Assembly (NCBI GenBank): GCA_964649245.1
Contig: CAZYOS010000001.1
Coordinates: forward strand, 5,242 to 69,241
Source of the DNA: an uncultured Clostridium sp.
GTDB lineage: Bacteria > Bacillota_I > Bacilli_A > RF39 > UBA660
Direction: 5' to 3'
Length of the DNA stretch: 64,000 nucleotides
Shown: positions 1-9,951 of the stretch, one piece after another
Layout: each line of letters begins with the position of its first letter
Position numbering within the stretch: the stretch's first letter is position 1
The notes under the pieces: model-generated
The model's database searches: none
The model's input: the letters and a program-made list of their open reading frames with translations, nothing else
Told to the model about the DNA's origin: nothing
Program-made: the position numbers and the translations under genes

Positions 1-722
1 AGAGATAAATTATAATTTAATTCACTTTGTACTGCTATAGATATTCTTCCTGTTTCTTCGCTAACTACTAATGCAATTGCATCACTTACTTCACTTATTC
101 CAAGAGCAGCTCTATGTCTAGTACCTAATCTTTTTGAAATACTTTGATTCATACTAGTAGGAAATACACTTCCAGCACAAGTAATCTTATCCCCTTGTAT
201 TATAGCACCACCATCATGAAGTGGATTATTTGGAAAGAATATTGATATTAATAATTCACTACTTATATCAGCATATAATTTACTAGCAGGTTCAATATAT
301 TGTGCTAAACTATAGTCTCTTTCTATTACTATTAATGCTCCAATTCTATTTTTCTTTAAATAGTCAACTGCATTACATATTTCATATACTATTTTTTCTC
401 TTTCATCTACAGTAAGAGTCTTATGTCTTCCCAATAATTGAGTTCTACCTATGCTTTCAAGAACAGTCCTGATTTCAGGTTGAAATATAATTATTAAAGC
501 AAGAGGTCCCCAACTAATAACATACTCAAGAATAGTACCTACAGTATTTAAATTAAGCCAATCACTTAGTACTTTTAATAATATGATAATAATAACCCCT
601 TTAAATATAAGTGTCAATTTAAAATTATTTCTTGAATATTTTAATATTTGATAAAACATATACCAAACTATTGCTATATCAAGAACTTTAGTAAAAATTG
701 TAAATATAGTAGAATATATCAT
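1..722 (-). CDS. cdaA: diadenylate cyclase CdaA (c-di-AMP synthase), C-terminus cut by window edge
   Basis: Minus-strand ORF starting at the ATG whose complement is at 720-722 and running off the window. The N-terminus has three hydrophobic helices (MIYSTIFTIFTKVLDIAIVWYMF...). The DAC domain motifs are present: LHDGGAIIQ and LGTRHRAALGISEVSDA. It is missing from the ORF track only because it is truncated. Confidence 0.75.
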   Translation of the reverse strand, partial: MIYSTIFTIFTKVLDIAIVWYMFYQILKYSRNNFKLTLIFKGVIIIILLKVLSDWLNLNTVGTILEYVISWGPLALIIIFQPEIRTVLESIGRTQLLGRHKTLTVDEREKIVYEICNAVDYLKKNRIGALIVIERDYSLAQYIEPASKLYADISSELLISIFFPNNPLHDGGAIIQGDKITCAGSVFPTSMNQSISKRLGTRHRAALGISEVSDAIALVVSEETGRISIAVQSELNYNLS

Positions 723-869
723 ACGCACCTCCAATCGATACTATAACTAGTATACAATATTTTATAATCATTTGCCACACTTTTATGATACATATTTATA
801 ATATCATATTATGTTTTTATTATTTATAAGATATTTATTCTTTTACATTTTTTTGTAAAAAAAAAGAGA

Positions 870-1133
870 CTATCTAGTCTCAACAATCATCTTAATAGCT
901 GTTTTTTCTTTACCATCTATTACTACATCATAAAATGCAGGTGTGCATATTAAATTCATTCCTAAAGGTGCTAAATATCCTCTTGCTATTGAAATAGCTT
1001 TTAATCCTTGATTAACCGCACCAGCTCCTACAGTTTGAATTTCTACACTTTTACTACCTTCTCTAAAAGAATTAGCAATACTTCCTGCAACTTTTTGAGA
1101 AATACTTTTACTAGATACCTTAATAATATCCAT
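870..1133 (-). CDS. spoVS: stage V sporulation protein S
   Basis: 87 aa. MDIIKVSSKS...IQTVGAGAVNQGLKAISIARGYLAPLGMNLICTPAF is nearly collinear with SpoVS family proteins. Confidence 0.85.
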   Translation of the reverse strand: MDIIKVSSKSISQKVAGSIANSFREGSKSVEIQTVGAGAVNQGLKAISIARGYLAPLGMNLICTPAFYDVVIDGKEKTAIKMIVETR

Positions 1134-1178
1134 TTAATTATCACCTCTAATAATTTATATGATATATTAAATTAAATA

Positions 1179-2039
1179 TTATTCTTTTAATAAGAAATTC
1201 ATAATATCTTTTATAATAGTTTTAGTTTCTTTAATTATTAATAATTCATAATCATGACATAACTCATGGCCTATTATTAATGAAGAACTACTATTTTCAC
1301 ACTTATTAACAAATGAATCAAATTTAACAATATCAGGATATAATAATTCATTATCACTAGTAAAAATTAATAAATCACCTAGATTATTTAATTTATCATT
1401 TATTGGAGATACTATTTTACTAGTAGTTTTAATTCTACCAGCATATTCTTTACCGCACTTAACTAAATCATTATAATCTAATGTAAAATCTTTTGATAAT
1501 TGCTTTTTAATTAAAGGGTTACTCATAGATACATCTATCCATGGAGATAATAAAACAGATTTATTTACTATAATATCATTTTTATTAATAAGTTTTAACA
1601 TTCTTACAATAAGACCACATCCAGCAGAATCACCTATAAAATAGAATTTATCATTTTTATATTTCTTAATTAAATATTCATATGAATTGTAAACAAAAGA
1701 CTGAATACTAACATGATCATGTTCAGGTATTAGAGGATAATCTAAAAATGTTATCTTAACATTGTATTTTTTTAGTATTCTTTCGACAAATAATCTATGT
1801 ACTATTAAAGCTTCATCTCTAAATGAACCACCATGTAAATATATTATATGGTCGTTATAACTCCCATCCCTAGTTAAGGTAATAATTTGATGATTATCTA
1901 AATATTTTTCATTAATAATATATTTATTTTCGAACTTTTCTCTATTAAAATTATTAGTATTTCTAATAGGATTATTAATTATTTTATTAACAATTTCTTT
2001 AGCTTTAACTTTCTTTACTACTTTTAGTAATGTACTCAT
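1179..2039 (-). CDS. alpha/beta-hydrolase fold esterase/lipase (HSL-type)
   Basis: Oxyanion-hole motif HGGSF and nucleophile elbow GDSAGCG (GDSAG), characteristic of the hormone-sensitive-lipase-like esterase family. Confidence 0.7.
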   Translation of the reverse strand: MSTLLKVVKKVKAKEIVNKIINNPIRNTNNFNREKFENKYIINEKYLDNHQIITLTRDGSYNDHIIYLHGGSFRDEALIVHRLFVERILKKYNVKITFLDYPLIPEHDHVSIQSFVYNSYEYLIKKYKNDKFYFIGDSAGCGLIVRMLKLINKNDIIVNKSVLLSPWIDVSMSNPLIKKQLSKDFTLDYNDLVKCGKEYAGRIKTTSKIVSPINDKLNNLGDLLIFTSDNELLYPDIVKFDSFVNKCENSSSSLIIGHELCHDYELLIIKETKTIIKDIMNFLLKE

Positions 2040-2072
2040 ATTTTCTCCTAAATATTATTATAACAAAAAAAG

Positions 2073-2819
2073 TTATTTTTTAATAACTTTCTTAACAGTT
2101 TTTTTCTTATTAGTTGGTTTTTTAGTAGAATGCTTTTCTATAGTTTTAGTTTCTTCTTTATTCTCAAATTTTAATGATTTTTTATTTATGTTTTCAACAT
2201 CAACTTTTTTAATAGTTTTAGTTTCTCTTTTGTATTCCTCTTCTAATACATCCATTAAATACTTATTAATCTTTTTATTTTTAATAATTAGTGTCATAAA
2301 TGGTTCCATTAATGATATAGCTCCAAAGCATAAAAAATAGTACCCCAGTATTATTGTTTGCATAGTAATATTACTATATAAATTGTTTATAACAAGTGTT
2401 CCTAATAAAGTAAGTAATATTGTTACTGCAAATTTCGGAAACATCTTAATATCATTTGCCCTAGATAATCTAATACAATTCCATCCTTTGTTTAAAAGAA
2501 CAGCTATGGAATAAACCAATATAGTATTGCCTAATATAAAAGAAGTATTTGAATAATATGAATAGAATAATATATAAGAACCAGCTAATATGTTAATTAG
2601 TCCTAAAAATAATTCTTCATAATTATCTTCTTCTCTATGAATAAAATATATAATAATGCTTAAAAATCCTAATACATAAAATATAGGAGTACTATATCTC
2701 ATAGGCTCAAGCAACTCGATTTCAGGATATTTTAATAATATAATACCTATTATCACATAAATTGCATAAAAAATTATTTTAGCAATAAATGAAGCTTTTT
2801 CTATTTTCTTCTTTTTCAT
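2073..2819 (-). CDS. polytopic membrane protein with lysine-rich C-terminal tail, unknown function
   Basis: About 6 hydrophobic helices followed by a K/E-rich low-complexity tail. No recognisable catalytic motif. Confidence 0.4.
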   Translation of the reverse strand: MKKKKIEKASFIAKIIFYAIYVIIGIILLKYPEIELLEPMRYSTPIFYVLGFLSIIIYFIHREEDNYEELFLGLINILAGSYILFYSYYSNTSFILGNTILVYSIAVLLNKGWNCIRLSRANDIKMFPKFAVTILLTLLGTLVINNLYSNITMQTIILGYYFLCFGAISLMEPFMTLIIKNKKINKYLMDVLEEEYKRETKTIKKVDVENINKKSLKFENKEETKTIEKHSTKKPTNKKKTVKKVIKK

Positions 2820-2897
2820 ATTCTATCACCTACTATGTATTTATTGTATATCAACAAATACAAAGTGTCAAATAAAAAGTCTTGAAAATCAAAACTT

Positions 2898-4061
2898 CTA
2901 TTTATCTTCTTTTCTATATTCAAAGAAATGAAATTTTTCATCAAAGAATATATATATTATCTTTAATATAGCCATTATTGGTGTTGCAAAAACCACTCCA
3001 AGTATACCAAAGAAGTATCCAAATATTAATAAACTTAATATAATTGTTATTGGACTTAAATTCATCTTTTTACTCATTACGTATGGTTGTAATAAGTTTC
3101 CATCTATAGTTTGTACTATTAATATGAATATTAATGTTAAGATTCCAATTATTGGACTTTCTGCAAATCCTATAGCGCCAGCAACAGCTGCTCCCATGTA
3201 AGGACCAATATAAGGAATTAAATTAGTAATAACACAAATGAATGCAATTAGTACAGGAGCATTTAATCCAATTATTGAAAACCCTATTATTGATACAACA
3301 AATAATAATAATGATAACCAAAGTGTTCCATTAACAAATGAATATAATGAATCACTTAATCTTTTAGTCAAATCTTTTACATCATCCCTATATTTTTTAG
3401 GAAAAATTGAAATAAAATTTTGTTGGAATTTCTCATAATCAAATAAAATATAAAATCCAATAATTAAACTCAATAATATATTACCTATTCCACTAGCTAG
3501 AGAAGATACTAAATTAACTGCAGTACTTGGTAAACTCTTTTCTATTCCTGATGCAAATTCAGTAATTCTCTTTAAGAATGATGTTTTAACATTATCTAAA
3601 TTTTGTAATGTCATATTTGATAATTTAGAAAACAATTCATTTATCCATTTGTTAACATCAGCAACTATATCTGGTATAGCACTCACAATATCTGATATTT
3701 GATTTCCTAATGAAGGTATAGTAAATGCAAAAATTGCATATATTACGAGTAATAAAATAATATAAGCAACTATTACTGCAAGAGTTCTACTCATCTTTTT
3801 ACTAGATAATTTTTTAACTAATGGATTAAGTAACCAAGCAATAAAGAATCCTATAAATAATGGTGATATTATTGATATTAACTTACCTAAAAATGATAAT
3901 ACACCCCATTCTTTAAATATTAAACTAAATACATAAATTAATAAAAGTATAAATAAAACATTTAGTGCTTTCATAATAGTATTACTATGATTAACTAACT
4001 CATTAATTTTAGATACATTTATCTTTTTCTCATCTGAATCTTTTTTAGCCATCTTTATCAC
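2898..4061 (-). CDS. AI-2E family transporter (PerM/YdiK-like, UPF0118)
   Basis: 387 aa with 7-8 TM helices. Conserved C-terminal block GNLLQPYVMSKKMNLSPITIILSLLIFGYFFGILGVVFATP is typical of AI-2E transporters. Confidence 0.75.
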   Translation of the reverse strand: MIKMAKKDSDEKKINVSKINELVNHSNTIMKALNVLFILLLIYVFSLIFKEWGVLSFLGKLISIISPLFIGFFIAWLLNPLVKKLSSKKMSRTLAVIVAYIILLLVIYAIFAFTIPSLGNQISDIVSAIPDIVADVNKWINELFSKLSNMTLQNLDNVKTSFLKRITEFASGIEKSLPSTAVNLVSSLASGIGNILLSLIIGFYILFDYEKFQQNFISIFPKKYRDDVKDLTKRLSDSLYSFVNGTLWLSLLLFVVSIIGFSIIGLNAPVLIAFICVITNLIPYIGPYMGAAVAGAIGFAESPIIGILTLIFILIVQTIDGNLLQPYVMSKKMNLSPITIILSLLIFGYFFGILGVVFATPIMAILKIIYIFFDEKFHFFEYRKEDK

Positions 4062-4092
4062 ATCCTTGATTTAATATTATCACAATTTTATT

Positions 4093-4120
4093 AAAAAAAA
4101 TAGTTCTAGAGAACTATTTT
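4093..4120 (-). terminator. rho-independent terminator after recD2
   Basis: Perfect palindrome AAAATAGTTCTAGAGAACTATTTT followed on the minus strand by a T8 run. Confidence 0.6.
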
Positions 4121-4275
4121 ACTTCTTTTACTCTTTTATTAGATGCTTTAAAATATGATTTTATTTCACTATTATATTTTTGATACAATAATGTTCCTCC
4201 TATTCCACATCCCAAAGCAACCATAGGCGCTATAACTTTAATAATATCACTCTCCTTTGATATTATTAGTATTAG

Positions 4276-6480
4276 TTAATTTATATTATTTATACATCCT
4301 AATAAAGTTTTTCTATTAGTTGCATATAATGTTTTAATAGATGTATTAAATGCATCAAGACTTCCAATTATTACCAAACTTTTTTTTGCTCTAGTAACTG
4401 CTGTATATATTAATTTATTATAAAACATTCTATTAAAACCTTTAGATAATATTACTACTACATTATCATATTCACTACCTTGAGATTTATGTATACTAAT
4501 AGCATAAGCTAAGTTAAACTTATCAAATTCTCCACTATGATATAAAACAATATTAGAAGAATAGTCAATAGCTACAACAAGCTTTTTATTTTCATAATAT
4601 ATTGATTTAATATAACCTATATCACCATTATAAATATTATTATCAACATCATTTACTAATTGAATTACTTTATCCCCAACTCTATAATATTTATCATTAA
4701 TAACAAATTTCTGATTATTTGGATTAAAAATATCAGACATAATAATGTTTAAATTATCTATTCCATTTAATCCCTTATACATAGGAACTAATACTTGGAA
4801 ATTATCAATACTAACTCCTTTACTGTTGACCTTATTACATATTTGTACTAAGTAGTTTATTATATTATCTTCACTAGATTCTATAAATTTAAAATCATCA
4901 TAACTTTCAATTTTATCAAAATACTTAATATTTTTAATATCATTAGCTAAGTATGTAATATAACTTCCTTCTTTAACACGATATATTTCACTTAAGTATT
5001 TATATTTTACTTTATCACTATTAATTAAATTATTAAGAATATCACCAGGGCCTATGCTTGGTAATTGATTAGCATCTCCAACTAATATTAGTTTAATATT
5101 TGATTGTAATCCTTTTAATAATGATGAAAATAAAAATATATCTATCATACTTGATTCATCAACTATTATAACTCTCTCTTTACTTTTATTATTTTCATTT
5201 ATTTGAAAGTCATTAGTTTCTTTATTCCATTTAAGATACTTATGAATTGTATATGCTGGAAAGATAACAGATTCACTCATCCTTTTAGCACTTCTACCAG
5301 TTGGTGCAAGAAGAACTATATCCTCTTCCTTATATTCATTTAAATCAAGTAATATATCAACAATAGCTTTTATTATTGTAGTTTTTCCTGTTCCAGGACC
5401 ACCAGTTACTATATAAAAATTATTTATAATGCTTTCTTTAATAGCTTCCTTTTGATATTTAGAAAATTCAATAGCATTTCTCTTTTCATATTCATCCATA
5501 AAATGATCTATTCTATCAACATCATATTTATTTTTAATATTATTAAGTCTTTCAATATTATTAATAATAATATTCTCTGTTTCATAGAAGTCTCTTAAAA
5601 TAAGCATATTATTTACTTCAACTATTTCAGAGTTATTAATTAATTTATTTACATGAAGAAGAAAAGTATCTAAAGAAAATACAGCTGTAAAACATTTCTT
5701 CATTTTAATTAATAATTCTTCTTTGCTAACTAATGTATTACCTGTTTCATAACACATATTATAAATATTATGTTTAATAAGAGCTTCTATTCTTATACTA
5801 CTATCTTCTTTATTATTCTTTAGATACATTAAATCTAATTTATCAAAAGATACATATTCTACTAAATCATAAATATTATTATCAACAATACTAAATAGTC
5901 TACTCTTATATAATGTTAATAAATCTATTGCTTCTTTAATACTAAATCCTAATGAATTTAATTTAATTATATAATCCTGATTAAGTTCATTATCTACTAT
6001 AACATCATGTAACATTTTAGCTTTTTTAGATGTCATTCCATGAACTAAGCTTATCTTTTCATAATCATCTTTAATTATTTTAATGGTATCTTTGCCATAC
6101 TTTTCTACTATTTTTTTAGCAGTTACAAGCCCTATTCCTTTAAACATACCGCTACTTAAATATAAAATAAGACTATCATTATCATCAGGTTCTCTTATTT
6201 CATAAGAACTAACACTAAATTGTGTCCCATACTTAGGATGGTTAATAAGTTCTCCATAAAAAATATATTCTAAATCAACATTTAATTCAGCAAAAGATCC
6301 AGTAAAACTTATTATTTTATCTACATATTCATTTAGTTCTTCAATATTAGTTTCCCTAACTTTAAAAATTCCAACTTTGTATGGACTAGTATCACTTTCA
6401 TAAATAAGCTTTCTAATGTTTCCTCTTATATATTTCTTCATACATAATATAATACCATAATAAAAAAAATAATTATACAA
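4276..6480 (-). CDS. recD2: RecD2-like ATP-dependent DNA helicase (RecD/TraA family)
   Basis: 734 aa. Walker A VTGGPGTGKTT, helicase motif V/VI SIHKSQGSEYDNVVV, N-terminal HhH region. Size and order match RecD2. Confidence 0.8.
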   Translation of the reverse strand: MYNYFFYYGIILCMKKYIRGNIRKLIYESDTSPYKVGIFKVRETNIEELNEYVDKIISFTGSFAELNVDLEYIFYGELINHPKYGTQFSVSSYEIREPDDNDSLILYLSSGMFKGIGLVTAKKIVEKYGKDTIKIIKDDYEKISLVHGMTSKKAKMLHDVIVDNELNQDYIIKLNSLGFSIKEAIDLLTLYKSRLFSIVDNNIYDLVEYVSFDKLDLMYLKNNKEDSSIRIEALIKHNIYNMCYETGNTLVSKEELLIKMKKCFTAVFSLDTFLLHVNKLINNSEIVEVNNMLILRDFYETENIIINNIERLNNIKNKYDVDRIDHFMDEYEKRNAIEFSKYQKEAIKESIINNFYIVTGGPGTGKTTIIKAIVDILLDLNEYKEEDIVLLAPTGRSAKRMSESVIFPAYTIHKYLKWNKETNDFQINENNKSKERVIIVDESSMIDIFLFSSLLKGLQSNIKLILVGDANQLPSIGPGDILNNLINSDKVKYKYLSEIYRVKEGSYITYLANDIKNIKYFDKIESYDDFKFIESSEDNIINYLVQICNKVNSKGVSIDNFQVLVPMYKGLNGIDNLNIIMSDIFNPNNQKFVINDKYYRVGDKVIQLVNDVDNNIYNGDIGYIKSIYYENKKLVVAIDYSSNIVLYHSGEFDKFNLAYAISIHKSQGSEYDNVVVILSKGFNRMFYNKLIYTAVTRAKKSLVIIGSLDAFNTSIKTLYATNRKTLLGCINNIN

Positions 6481-6481
6481 A

Positions 6482-8992
6482 TTATTTTTTTCTATAATCT
6501 TCTATTATAAGCATCATTAAAACAATTAGTCCAATGAATGATATAATTACTCCTGATGTTTTAAAAGGTGACTTGTATGTAAATATAATATTATGATTTC
6601 CAGCACTAATTTTAAATCCTATAAATCCATCATTAACATTTTCATAAGTAATGTTCTTACCATCTAAAAATATTGTAAATCCTTTTTGATATGGAATAGT
6701 TGTTACAAAATATCCATCTTTTATTGTATTAACTGAAGCATATATGTTATCACCTTTAGTTTTATTCTTATCAATGATAACTTTAGTTACTTTTTTATTT
6801 ATATTCTTAATGTCATTATAATCAAGATAATATAGTTTAATATTACCAATACTATATTTACCTTCATAGAAACTAATATTAAGTTTATCTATATTTGTTT
6901 CAGATAATACATATGTAAATGTAGTATTCCCATTATAATATTTCCATTCTTCACATGTTAATTTATTAGATATATTATTTATTCTAATTACTTGATCACC
7001 TATTTCACATGATTGTTTCAATTTCATATCAAGTTTAATCATAATTATTTTGTTTTTTGCTTCATCAGGTAAATTTGCAATAATTATTGATTTCTTTGAA
7101 GCAAAAAATGAATAAGTTTCATCTATCTTTTCAATGATTAAATCATTATACATTACATCTTTGACATTAAATTCATGAATACTACTGTTAAAAGAATTAT
7201 CAATTCCATCTTCTACTACAACATTATTAAGTAATATTTCATTTGAATAAGGGAAACTAATAGTATCAAATATCCCTTTATTAAATGAATTATAACTTAC
7301 ATACATATAAGGTAATACATCTTCATTAACATAAGATATAATATTATCTTCTTTCTCATATTTTTTATATCCAAATAATTGTTTATTATCGCTTAATAAA
7401 TATTTATCAGATGAAAACATTAGGAATAAAATATTAGCACTTGCTGTAGTAAATACCCTATTTCTTGACTGCATAGGATTATTAAATACATCATAATAAA
7501 ATTTATTATAAGTAACACTATGAATAGAAGAATAAGAATAATTCTGGTACATATCAATATTTCCAAATATGTTATTAGAATTTTCACTTATATCAAATAG
7601 AGTTGTAATTTTATATGAATCAGAATCTTTAGATGTAATAGAATCAACTAATGCTTTTTCATTATCATAATTCTTATAAGATATGTCATTCTTTAATACT
7701 AAACTATCTAAAGAATTACAAGTATAGGATATTAAAAATAATGAAACAATTAAATATATACTTAATAAATAATATTTTTTATATTTAGAACATACATATA
7801 TTATTAATACTGTTAAAAATATATCAATATACATAAAGTTTAAATTACTATCACTTAATGGTAAAGAAAATAAACAAACTACTACTGTTATAATAGATAT
7901 ATATTTTATATTTATTTTATTATTTAATATATTATTAATAAATATTGCTATTACAAAAACAAATAATGGTAAAAAAGGTATTAATGCTTTAGAATCAATA
8001 TACATAGTTCCATTTAATAAATAATTAAATAATGGGAAAATAATTGATAAAGATAATATTATTCCTAAAAATCTATTTTCTTTTTTCTTTGAAAAAAATA
8101 AATTTATTAAGGCAATTATTGATATTCCGCTTAATCCTAATCCATAATGATTATATATTAAATATGTAAGATGAACTTTAGGAACTAATAATTCTAAAAC
8201 ACTAACTTTAACAATTGATTCCATTCTTCCATCAAGTATTGCATAGAATTCTGGTAATATTAATACACATGAAAGCATTACACCAACTAATATTGGTAAT
8301 ATAAACTTTATTCCATCTTTCATAAAGCTTTTAAATGTTATCTTTTTATTTAATGAAATATATTTATATATTCCATAAGTAATAATACATATAATAGCTG
8401 GTATGCTGTAATAATAACTCATTAAAATTATTAATAAAACTGAAACTGTTAATAATGACTTTTTATTATTTTTAAAGTAATTGTCAACTCCAAATAAAGC
8501 CATAATTAAAAATGGCATGTAGTTTATAAACATAATATGTCTATGTGAATGAAATAATAAAGGACTAGCAAACATAAAGCATAATGTTGATGCAAAAGAT
8601 ACTTTTGAATCAAATCCATTGCTTTTTAAAAAGAAATAAAACATAATTATTGAAGCATACACTAATAATAATGTTGATATCATTATATAATATTTCATAC
8701 TGATAAATGGGAATAAATATGATAAAAGTATAACAGGATTTATAAGTCCATAATATGCATAATTATATATATTTTGTCCAGATCCTAAATTAAGAGCTAA
8801 ATTTGGAAAAAGTTTATGTGTATCATAAAATAATGTTCTAAAGTATTCAGGTATAACACTATGCTGATTAATCCAATCTAAATTAGAACCCCATAAGTAT
8901 TTATTTTTTAATAATAAAAGAATCATAATAACAAATAAAACCGTTACAATCATTAGTTTAGCAATATCATTTTTACCTATCTTATTCTTCAT
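6482..8992 (-). CDS. yfhO: YfhO-family GT-C membrane glycosyltransferase
   Basis: 836 aa. The N-terminal polytopic block QHSVIPEYFRTLFYD...NIYNYAYYGLINPVILLSYLFP aligns with the B. subtilis YfhO N-terminus. It has a large extracytoplasmic domain and a final C-terminal TM helix (VIISFIGLIVLMMLII), the YfhO architecture. Confidence 0.7.
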   Translation of the reverse strand: MKNKIGKNDIAKLMIVTVLFVIMILLLLKNKYLWGSNLDWINQHSVIPEYFRTLFYDTHKLFPNLALNLGSGQNIYNYAYYGLINPVILLSYLFPFISMKYYIMISTLLLVYASIIMFYFFLKSNGFDSKVSFASTLCFMFASPLLFHSHRHIMFINYMPFLIMALFGVDNYFKNNKKSLLTVSVLLIILMSYYYSIPAIICIITYGIYKYISLNKKITFKSFMKDGIKFILPILVGVMLSCVLILPEFYAILDGRMESIVKVSVLELLVPKVHLTYLIYNHYGLGLSGISIIALINLFFSKKKENRFLGIILSLSIIFPLFNYLLNGTMYIDSKALIPFLPLFVFVIAIFINNILNNKINIKYISIITVVVCLFSLPLSDSNLNFMYIDIFLTVLIIYVCSKYKKYYLLSIYLIVSLFLISYTCNSLDSLVLKNDISYKNYDNEKALVDSITSKDSDSYKITTLFDISENSNNIFGNIDMYQNYSYSSIHSVTYNKFYYDVFNNPMQSRNRVFTTASANILFLMFSSDKYLLSDNKQLFGYKKYEKEDNIISYVNEDVLPYMYVSYNSFNKGIFDTISFPYSNEILLNNVVVEDGIDNSFNSSIHEFNVKDVMYNDLIIEKIDETYSFFASKKSIIIANLPDEAKNKIIMIKLDMKLKQSCEIGDQVIRINNISNKLTCEEWKYYNGNTTFTYVLSETNIDKLNISFYEGKYSIGNIKLYYLDYNDIKNINKKVTKVIIDKNKTKGDNIYASVNTIKDGYFVTTIPYQKGFTIFLDGKNITYENVNDGFIGFKISAGNHNIIFTYKSPFKTSGVIISFIGLIVLMMLIIEDYRKK

Positions 8993-9004
8993 ACTATATA
9001 TATT

Positions 9005-9274
9005 TTAACACTTAATATTATTCATGTCATTAGAAACTTTTTTATCCTTTGAATGGTCATTAATCATTTTTTCTATTGACTTTGGAGTTCTAAGAGATTT
9101 TCTATCAATTCTTGTTGGTTGTATTTCAATTCCTAAGTCTTCTAATTCAGTGAATAATTCAATAAAGGCATATGAATCTAATAGTCCACTTTCTATCAAA
9201 TCAAAATTAGGATTATATACATTTTCATCCTCACATATTTTATATAATAGTTCTGATACATTAATCATATTCAC
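9005..9274 (-). CDS. dltC: D-alanyl carrier protein (DltC-type)
   Basis: ESGLLDSYAFIELFTELEDLGIEI...LRTPKSIEKMIN matches DltC (EEGLLDSFGTVELL...W.TP..I), including the phosphopantetheinyl Ser in LLDS. Confidence 0.7.
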   Translation of the reverse strand: MNMINVSELLYKICEDENVYNPNFDLIESGLLDSYAFIELFTELEDLGIEIQPTRIDRKSLRTPKSIEKMINDHSKDKKVSNDMNNIKC

Positions 9275-9728
9275 TCAACTTCTTTCTATCTATCTTTAAA
9301 TTTTTATTAACAGGCATTTTGTCTAATAATATGATCTTTTTAGGTATCATATATGCAGGTAAACTTTTAGTTAATTCTTTCTTTATATATTTTTCATCAT
9401 AGCACGATTCCAATACAACAAAAGCTACTATACTTTTAACTATATTATTTTTATTTAGCTTGGCGCTAACAACACTATCTTTAACACCTTTAATAATATT
9501 AATATTTCTTTCTATATCTTCAAGTTCAATTCTATAACCATTATATTTAATTTGATTGTCTTTTCTACCTTTGCAATATAATTTATTATCTTTTATATAA
9601 CCTATATCACCAGTTCTATAGCAGTTAATATTATTTTCTTTTGCAGAAATGTATTTAAAATATATATTCATCATTTCATCATTGATGTTAAATCTTAAAT
9701 TACCTAAATTTTCTAAAATATCTTTCAA
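9261..9728 (-). CDS. DltA-like adenylation enzyme, C-terminal subdomain only (A8-A10 motifs); N-terminal core absent
   Basis: 155 aa. YRTGDIGYIKDNKLYCKGRKDNQIKYNGYRIELEDIE is the A8 hinge motif and MPVNKNLKIDRKKL is the A10 lysine motif, collinear with the last 115 aa or so of DltA. It has its own RBS (AAAGAGG) and a sigma-A-like promoter, and overlaps dltC by 14 nt. Confidence 0.6.
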   Translation of the reverse strand: MKDILENLGNLRFNINDEMMNIYFKYISAKENNINCYRTGDIGYIKDNKLYCKGRKDNQIKYNGYRIELEDIERNINIIKGVKDSVVSAKLNKNNIVKSIVAFVVLESCYDEKYIKKELTKSLPAYMIPKKIILLDKMPVNKNLKIDRKKLSEYD

Positions 9729-9788
9729 TTTTTAACCTCTTTTCTTTTGAAAACTTAAAATTTGTGCCTTTTTTATACTCAACTCTTA

Positions 9789-9817
9789 TTTATACCCTTT
9801 ATTTACTAGATAGTTAA
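9789..9817 (-). promoter_or_regulatory. putative sigma-A promoter for the dltA'-dltC-yfhO-recD2 operon
   Basis: On the minus strand: TTAACT, a 17-nt spacer, then TATAAA, about 55 nt upstream of the ATG at 9728. Confidence 0.4.
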
Positions 9818-9904
9818 CCCCTTTATAAGAGTGCCGAAAAAAGTGCCGAAAACAAAATCACTTTAAATCACTTTGTGATACTTTATAATACTTTCAAAAT
9901 ATAA

Positions 9905-9945
9905 AAAATCTTGAAAACATTGGGCTTTCAAGATTTTAATTAGTA
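9905..9945 (-). terminator. rho-independent terminator downstream of tRNA-Arg
   Basis: Minus strand: TCTTGAAAGCCCAATGTTTTCAAGA hairpin followed by TTTTTTATATTTT. Confidence 0.65.
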
Positions 9946-9951
9946 AAATAA

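Noticed and set aside
3238-3438. Plus-strand ORFs of 60-94 aa embedded antisense in long minus-strand genes. This one and 9024-9299, 11576-11761, 13071-13277, 14009-14233, 17154-17363, 19576-19800, 25863-26303, 27597-27866, 28496-28681, 29501-29785, 31983-32171, 32642-32860, 33815-34447, 37189-37470, 41067-41282, 42069-42293, 43303-44015, 46039-46236, 46805-47412, 48621-48812, 55923-56144, 57827-58087, 61707-62354.
   Set aside because: All lie fully inside well-supported opposite-strand genes, have low-complexity S/L/I/F-rich translations typical of antisense frames in AT-rich DNA, and lack RBS.
4190-4275. 36-codon glycine-rich micro-ORF (MVALGCGIGGTLLYQKYNSEIKSYFKASNKRVKEVK) between recD2 and the AI-2E transporter gene.
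   Set aside because: No RBS at workable spacing, and it lies downstream of the recD2 terminator. Not supportable from sequence alone.
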